From positions 864,001 to 928,000 of the forward strand of contig CBDCYI010000005.1 of NCBI GenBank assembly GCA_965224085.1: a stretch of DNA of 64,000 nucleotides, written 5' to 3'. A program made the translations under genes and the position numbers. The stretch comes from Candidatus Marinacidobacterales bacterium (GTDB lineage: Bacteria; Acidobacteriota; Vicinamibacteria; Marinacidobacterales; SMYC01). The notes beneath the pieces are model-generated. The model was not told the DNA's origin, did not search any database, and saw only the letters and a list, made by a program, of their open reading frames with translations. Shown here piece after piece: positions 57,945 through 64,000 of this stretch (position 1 is its first letter; the number at the start of each line of letters is the position of its first letter).

Positions 57945-59511
57945 GGGCGCGCGGTCGTGCGACGCTTCTCGAGCCGACAGTACCAGGAGGGAAACGGGTG
58001 GCGCGGCTTCCCGGGCGCTCTGTGCTCGACGGGATCGACACACTTCGAAACGCGACGTGGAGCTTCGAAGATTTCGGGCTCGACGCCGTCGCGCGCGAGC
58101 TTCTCGGGCGGGGGAAGCTCATCGAGGAGGGAACCTCGAATCGGATCGAGGAGATCAAGCGTCTCTTCCGCGAGGCCCTTGGGATCTGTTGCGCTACAAC
58201 CTCGAAGATTGTCGTCTTGTGGAGGCCATCTTCGAGAAAACACACCTCATCGATTTCTCCCTCGAGCGCGCGGAGCTCACCGGGCTCGCACTCGATCGGG
58301 TCGGGGGATCGGTAGCCGCCTTCGACAGCTTGTATCTGCCGCGCCTCCATCGTCGAGGCCGGGTGGCGCGAGACATCGAGGAGCGCTCGCTCGACGACCT
58401 CAGCCCGGGCGGCTACGTCATGGATTCCGAGCCGGGTCTGTTCCGAAACGTGATCGTGCTTGATTTCAAGAGTCTCTACCCAAGCATCATTCGAACCTTT
58501 CTCGTCGACCCACTCGGCCTTGCCGAAGCCGGGGAGGACAGCGTTCCAGGTTTCAAAGGCGGGAAGTTCTCACGCGACACGCACATCCTTCCCGGAATCA
58601 TCGAACGTCTTTGGAATGCGCGCGACAAGGCCAAACGGGCAGGCCACAAAGCGACGTCGCGCGCGATCAAGATCATCATGAACTCCTTTTACGGCGTTCT
58701 CGGAACGCCCGCTTGCCGTTTCTTCGAGCCGCGCCTCGCCTCGAGCATCACGCTGCGCGGGCACGAGATCATCACGAAGAGCCGTGCGTTCATCGAGTCG
58801 GAGGGCTATCGGGTCATCTATGGCGACACCGATTCGCTGTTCGTGCTGCTCGATGAAGCGAAGAACGAAGAGCGTTGCCTCGTGCTCGGGAGAGAGCTCG
58901 CGAAGCAGCTGAACACGTTCTGGAGTCAGAGACTGCAAGAAGAGCACCGACTCGACTCGCATCTCGAAGTCGAGCTCGAAACGCACTATTTGCGTTTTTT
59001 CATGCCGGCTATCCGAGGCTCGGAGCTAGGCAGTAAGAAACGCTACGCGGGGCTCGTGCGCTGTGGCGACGAGATAGGCCTCACGTTCACTGGACTCGAA
59101 GCGGTACGCTCGGATTGGACGCCCCTCGCGCGCGAGTTTCAACGTGAGCTCTACCGTCGGGTCTTCCACGACGAGGTTTTTGAAGACTACGTGAAGCAGA
59201 CGGCGGACGATTTGTTCTCGGGCAAGCGCGATGGAGACCTCGTCTACCGGAAGCGGCTTCGGCGCAAGCTCGAAGACTATACGAAGAACGTGCCGCCCCA
59301 TGCGCGCGCGGCGCAGAAATCGAAACGCTCGCGCAGATGGGTAAGATACGTCATCACCACGAATGGACCAGAACCGCTCGACAACAACCCGTCGCCTCTC
59401 GACTATCAACGCTATCTCGACCGTCAGCTCGCGCCAGCCGCCGACGCCTTGTTGCTGGTGAAAGGCACTTCCGTGAGTAAAATCTTGGACAAGCAGTTGA
59501 GTCTTTTTTGA
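57945..59511 (+). pseudogene. polB: DNA polymerase II, 5'-truncated and frameshifted near 58175
   Basis: VLDGID.LR, YNLEDC, SPGGYVMDS.PG, DFKSLYPSII, KIIMNSFYG, YGDTDS, KKRYAG. Confidence 0.88.
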
Positions 59512-59858
59512 TGACGCGCACTCGGTGGGCCTTCGGGATCACGGTTTTCGTCATGGCGGTCTTCTTCGTAGACTTCTGCGCTTTGGTCTTTCAATGCGGC
59601 TGCCGATCGCTCTGGAACGGAATCTCTACTTATTGCAACATCCACGCGGCTAGCGCGCCGCATTGTCCGTGGTGCGAGCGTCCTCTCGCGGGAGGCGGCG
59701 TCGCCTTCGGCTCGGCTCTCCTGGCTCAGTGCGCAGCTTTCTTCTTACCCAAGAACGTAAGCTTCGGGAAACGATGGCTGCTCGCGGTGATCGCGTTTCC
59801 CCTGGCCGCCGCTATCGTCGCGCTTGCGCAAGGGCTCGTCTGGGGGTATTGGCGGTAG
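59511..59858 (+). CDS. Small Cys-rich membrane protein
   Basis: C...FQCGC..W.G....CNIH.....CPWC plus three hydrophobic helices. Confidence 0.65.
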   Translation: MTRTRWAFGITVFVMAVFFVDFCALVFQCGCRSLWNGISTYCNIHAASAPHCPWCERPLAGGGVAFGSALLAQCAAFFLPKNVSFGKRWLLAVIAFPLAAAIVALAQGLVWGYWR

Positions 59859-59910
59859 GAGGCGAGCCCTCTCCCGTCGCCGTCGACGCAGAGAGGGCAC
59901 TGACAGACTG

Positions 59911-60437
59911 CTAGCGAATTTGTCCCCGGATCTCTCCAGACGGGACGCGCAACGTGTGCACGTTCACGTAGCCAGCTCCCGCGCCAAGAGCGCGGATGAA
60001 CTCGCGAAATTCTCCTCTGGCGATGCCCTGCTCGCCGGGGCCAACAACGTCGTCGGCGGTGATGGTGCCGGATATTGTTCCGTCGGCGTCGATGCAGGAA
60101 CGTGCGTGCTCCGCGGGGTCGACCTCGAGCTGGGCCGAGCAGAGGCGAACCATGAGGCCGCCCTCCGTCTTGGACTGGCCGAAGTGGATGTGCGCCCGTA
60201 TCACTGGGGTCGAAAGACCTGCGAGCTCAGCGTGAATGCGAGGGACGTGCCGTCTTCGCTGACTCGCGCCGCGAAAAGCCCGTGGCCAGCGGTCGACACT
60301 GACGGCACTTCGTTATACCCATGCAGTCGAGTGCCGAAATCTGTCTGGACTTCGTCTTCGGCATATGTTGCGAAAGACAGGGTTGCCCCGAGCATCGCGC
60401 CGGCCACCAACAAGGTAAGAGCAAGTTTTTTCACCAT
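59911..60437 (-). pseudogene. CHRD domain exported protein, frameshift near 60224
   Basis: L.GYNEVP.V.T.G.G, AHIH.G, YVNVHT...PSGEIRGQI. Confidence 0.8.
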
Positions 60438-60574
60438 GACGTTCTCCTCCATCGAAGGTGTTTACCCGAGCGAAGAGCCTCTTGCTCTCGCTCCTCTGTT
60501 TTTTCGACGACTACAAGACCGTCATAGAGGTGAAAAGGATTAATAAAGATTTCGCTGACGAGGGTTTTTTCTGT

Positions 60575-61195
60575 TCACGGTGCGTCGACTCTCGTGCGGT
60601 AGAGCGCCAGGCGAAACCCCGGCGCACCAGAGAGGCGTTCGATCGGAAGCTCTTCGTCGTGGTCGAGACCTGCGATGCGAAACCCGTGATCGGGAGTGAG
60701 CACGACTAGAAATGCACGGCGGCGAGCGTGGCTCGCTAGGAATGCTGCGAGCTCGTGCTCGTTGCCATCCGGGTAGTTGAAGAACGCGTCGATGTCTTGG
60801 ACTTGAATACCGAGACTCGCATAGGTCTCGCTATCCAAGTAGTCGCCTTCGCACGCGCGCCAAATTCTTGGCAAGCCCCGCTCCGAGAGAGCGCACAAGT
60901 TCTCGTTTGCGAGCTCCGAAAGCTCATGGTGGCTTTCGATCCCGTAAGCGCGAAGGTTTTCGTCCACTGCGCAAAGCGACGCGACGATGCGGCCGTCGCC
61001 CATACCGGCGTCGAGAACCTTCGGCGCGTCGCCGAGCCGCTTCCAGAAACCCACCCTGCTCAGCGCCTGCATGGCTGCCGCGACGACGTCGAGTGGTGCA
61101 GGAAGCCAAATCCCCGCGCCGGTCAAGCGGACGGGCTGCCCGCCGAAGGCTCGTGTCTCAGACTGTTCGAACGTAGCTGTGAAATCCGGGCTCAC
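60575..61195 (-). CDS. Class I SAM-dependent methyltransferase-like protein
   Basis: VLDAGMGDGR, YGIE, EGDY, FFNY. Confidence 0.65.
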   Translation of the reverse strand: MSPDFTATFEQSETRAFGGQPVRLTGAGIWLPAPLDVVAAAMQALSRVGFWKRLGDAPKVLDAGMGDGRIVASLCAVDENLRAYGIESHHELSELANENLCALSERGLPRIWRACEGDYLDSETYASLGIQVQDIDAFFNYPDGNEHELAAFLASHARRRAFLVVLTPDHGFRIAGLDHDEELPIERLSGAPGFRLALYRTRVDAP

Positions 61196-61485
61196 GGAGC
61201 AACGCTGGCCTTCCGCGTGTAGTCGAGCTTTGGAGACTTGGCGCGTAGCCGGACGTGAAACCGTTCGGGAGTCTTTTTGGCGAAAGTCTCGTGGTTCGGA
61301 TCTCGAAATGCCGCTTCAACGAGGAGCGCCACGACACGGAACATGGTCGCAATTATATGTCAAGCCGTCGCTCCTCTTTGGTATCTTCTCGACAGAACCA
61401 TCGCACAGAGTTGACGAAGCGAGGCGTGTGATACGAGACGAAACATGCTTGCGATCCTGTCCCCCTGCCGGGTAGCTTTGTCTTC

Positions 61486-62211
61486 ATGACGGAAGAGAAA
61501 ATTACGAAGTCCGGCCAGGTGCGAAAGCTTCTGAAAGTGCAAGCGGATCCGGAAAAAGCCGCGTTCTTCCCGCGCTTTTTCAAAACCGGACGGGGTGAGT
61601 ACGGGGAAGGGGACCGTTTCCTCGGTGTTACCGTTCCTAAGTGCAGGCAAATCGCGCGCGCGGCACGCGAGATGGAGCTCTCCGAGATCACGAAGCTTCT
61701 GGGCTCGCCATGGCACGAAGAATGGGAAGTGGCAATATTCATCCTCGTCGAGGCGTTCAAACGGGCAAAGAGCGACAAGGCTCGTGGAGACATCTATCGC
61801 TTCTATGTTGAGCATCTCGATCGCGTCAACAACTGGGATCTGGTCGACGGAAGCGCGCCGACCATCGTCGGCGGCTTTCTCGAAGACAAGGATCGAAAAC
61901 AGCTCTATCGTTGGGCGCGGAGCCGCGACTTGTGGGAGCGGCGCATCGCCATGCTGGCAACGTTGTGCTACATCAAGAAAAATGACTTCAAGGACGCGCT
62001 CGCAATCGCCGCCATCTTGAGAGATGACGAAGAAGATCTCATCCACAAAGCGGTGGGCTGGATGATCCGCGAGATTGGCAATCGTGACCGTGCGGCTGAG
62101 GAACGTTTTCTCGACCGGCACTACAAGAGGATGCCGCGTACGATGTTGCGCTACGCCATCGATAAGTTCCCCGACAAGAAGCGCCAGGCTTACTTGAAGG
62201 GCAACGTCTGA
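61486..62211 (+). CDS. DNA alkylation repair protein (AlkD-like)
   Basis: FFKTG.GEYGEGD.FLGV.VP, VNNWDLVD, LWERR, DLIHKAVGWM.REIG, MPRTMLRYAI. Confidence 0.9.
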   Translation: MTEEKITKSGQVRKLLKVQADPEKAAFFPRFFKTGRGEYGEGDRFLGVTVPKCRQIARAAREMELSEITKLLGSPWHEEWEVAIFILVEAFKRAKSDKARGDIYRFYVEHLDRVNNWDLVDGSAPTIVGGFLEDKDRKQLYRWARSRDLWERRIAMLATLCYIKKNDFKDALAIAAILRDDEEDLIHKAVGWMIREIGNRDRAAEERFLDRHYKRMPRTMLRYAIDKFPDKKRQAYLKGNV

Positions 62212-62703
62212 CGGCTTTCTTTGAATCTCGCGATCGTGCGCCGCGCGGCGCGTTGGGTCACGATCAGAATCAACATGCTGAGAACGAGACAGATGGGGGT
62301 CACCCAGTAGCCGCCGATGACTTCGGTCCCTTCCGATAACGGGAACTGCGCCAATGGCCCGCGGGATGCCGTCGCGCACCAAAAGGCCCACGTTGTCGGG
62401 AAAGAGGAGCTTGAGAGGCGCTAGCGCTAGAAGAGCCAGCCCCGTCATGTAACCCGTGAAGTACACGAGCGACTTGGCGAATCCCGATAGGGTCGTCGCG
62501 GCGAGAAGCCACAGCGAGCGCAATAGAGGCGCGACGTATCCCGTCGTCGCCGCCTCGTCGAGCGTGAACTCAGAGGCGAAGACGCGGGCAAGCTCGAGCG
62601 GCGGCTCAATGCCCGCGAGGACCCGCTCGACCCCCTCGCGCTCGTCACCGTTGTTTCCGAGCTCCTCGAGTCGCTCGCGAATATGAGATTCGACTTCGCG
62701 CAC
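62212..62703 (-). pseudogene. HAAS/DUF1700-like membrane protein fragment
   Basis: VREVESHIRER...VL..I..P.ELA then TM helices, KLLFPDNVG; frameshift near 62335. Confidence 0.45.
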
Positions 62704-63250
62704 CGAAGGCGAGGGCACGTCCGCTCGGAGCGAGGTCCACGGTCCACCCCGGTACACGGGTCGAAGGCTCCGGAACGTCCAATCGGTTTCCCGCGCGATC
62801 CATCCATGCGTGCTCGTTGAACGTAGGCCGATGGTATACGAGGTTGGTCGCAGAGACCGAATAGCCGTCCCCCAACGGCCCTCCCCGAACGCCCGGCGCG
62901 ACGGTCAGGGGTTCTCCATCGAATACGAGACGATCCAAATCGAATCGGCGTGCGAACAAAGTTCCCGTCAAGCGAGCAGTGTTCGAGCCGAATTCGGCGT
63001 AGAGAATGTATCCGGGGTCCACGTACATCGCGGTGCGCGAGTCCCGGATGAGCTCTTTAGCTTCGCCGGTCGACAGATCGCCGAGCCACACGCGTACCGG
63101 TGGCGGCGTGAGCGAATCGAACAAGAAGTGCCGACCGTGAGGGAGGAAATACGGACGGTTATGATACCCATCCTCCTCCGCTCTACGCGTGACCGGCACC
63201 GCTTCTCCGCCAGATGCGGCGACGCGGTACAAAACCCCGCCAGGACTAGA
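62704..63250 (-). pseudogene. PD40/TolB-like repeat fragment (typical C-terminus of acidobacterial Ser/Thr kinases)
   Basis: LYRV.ASGG...PVT, P.FLP.GRHFLF, GTLFARRFD, WMDRAG, LAPSGR.LAF. Confidence 0.6.
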
Positions 63251-63274
63251 TCAAATCGAACGGAAGCAAAGGGT

Positions 63275-63703
63275 TCAGTCGCGGCACGGGTCGACGACCA
63301 CGACATCGAAACGCGCGAAATCGCGATCCGACGTACACACGCTGGCTCCGTTCTCGATGGCGAGTGCTGCTATCGCTGCGTCGGTAACCAAGGGACCGGA
63401 GACTTGTGCGTCCAACAACAAGTTGCTGAAGATCCGCCAGTACTGCTCCCCGGGCGCCACGGCGCGAACGGGGGTCGTCTCGAACCAAGAGGATACGATG
63501 GTCTCGGCCTCTTTCATCGTCAGTGGTTTTTCGAACGCCCGCGGGTTCGTACTAATGCGAAGAAACGCCCAGACGGTGAGCCATGGCAGACCCACTGGGG
63601 ACGGTGACGAAAACTTGTCTTCGATCCATCGACGGCAAGGTTCGTGGAACTCGGATCGAGGATTGTAGGCGTAAAGAACTATGTTGGCGTCAACGAGGAT
63701 CAC
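63275..63703 (-). CDS. vapC: VapC PIN-domain toxin
   Basis: MILVDANIVLYA, FLRISTNPR, LVTDAAIAALAIE, TSDRDFARF. Confidence 0.92.
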   Translation of the reverse strand: MILVDANIVLYAYNPRSEFHEPCRRWIEDKFSSPSPVGLPWLTVWAFLRISTNPRAFEKPLTMKEAETIVSSWFETTPVRAVAPGEQYWRIFSNLLLDAQVSGPLVTDAAIAALAIENGASVCTSDRDFARFDVVVVDPCRD

Positions 63704-63948
63704 CGGTTCGTCGATCCCTCTGTTTGCTCCAAGAACTCGCCGATATTGTCGAGGCTGAGTCCTGGACGAAGCTCTCCCAAATCCCTCGCTTGCACGCGAA
63801 AAGGGGTGGGTCTACGATCGCTCTTCTTCGCGAGGAAACCCAGCCGCAGATATTCGTTCACGATCTCCTTGAGCGACCGCCCGGTTCGCTTGGACTCCGC
63901 TTTGAGTTTCGCCGCAACATCGTCCTCGAGTGTCAGCGTCGTTCTCAT
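63700..63948 (-). CDS. vapB: VapB ribbon-helix-helix antitoxin
   Basis: MRTTLTLEDDV...SLKEIVNE.LR.G; 4-bp overlap with vapC. Confidence 0.88.
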   Translation of the reverse strand: MRTTLTLEDDVAAKLKAESKRTGRSLKEIVNEYLRLGFLAKKSDRRPTPFRVQARDLGELRPGLSLDNIGEFLEQTEGSTNR

Positions 63949-63952
63949 ATAG

Positions 63953-63983
63953 TGACGCTATCAGACGAGCATCATGATGTCAA
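63953..63983 (-). promoter_or_regulatory. vapBC promoter with overlapping operator palindromes
   Basis: Minus-strand TTGACA (63983-63978), 17 bp, TAGCGT (63960-63955); palindrome CATCATGATG (63970-63979); inverted pair TGACGCT / AGCATCA. Confidence 0.6.
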
Positions 63984-64000
63984 ATTAAAGAAGTTCTGAT

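Noticed and set aside
1-64000. CRISPR array, cas genes, tRNA, rRNA, prophage or integron
   Set aside because: No regularly spaced repeats, cas or phage genes, integrase or stable-RNA signatures were seen.

Overview
High-GC bacterial DNA. Gene content (Bat operon, DUF4159, DUF3500, a PD40/TolB-repeat fragment) suggests Acidobacteriota such as Vicinamibacteria, but this is inference only. The core (~20-57 kb) is largely intact. It holds a ferredoxin:thioredoxin reductase subunit, a complete moxR-DUF58-batABCDE operon, two paralogous MacB-type permeases plus an ATPase, an M20 lipoprotein peptidase, a Tat-exported PaoABC-like molybdoenzyme with a cytochrome b, His/Cys-rich exported proteins, an aspartokinase-metC operon, and an operon with a kinase-M23-aminotransferase fusion. 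The flanks (~0.6-20 kb and ~57-64 kb) are a mosaic of abruptly joined gene fragments, frameshifted genes and IS elements (ISNCY-like x2, IS110/IS1111, IS1634). An internally deleted ISNCY copy and an IS6 lie inside the core. The best candidate for an undescribed system is a Met-codon-rich leader peptide (MSMPGMFM..., 47532-47591) with a complete attenuator layout: alternative 1:2 / 2:3 / 3:4 pairings, a U-tailed terminator and a 10-bp anti-Shine-Dalgarno helix, upstream of methionine biosynthesis genes. Family assignments come from recognising motifs by eye; no database searches were run. No rRNA, tRNA or CRISPR array was seen.
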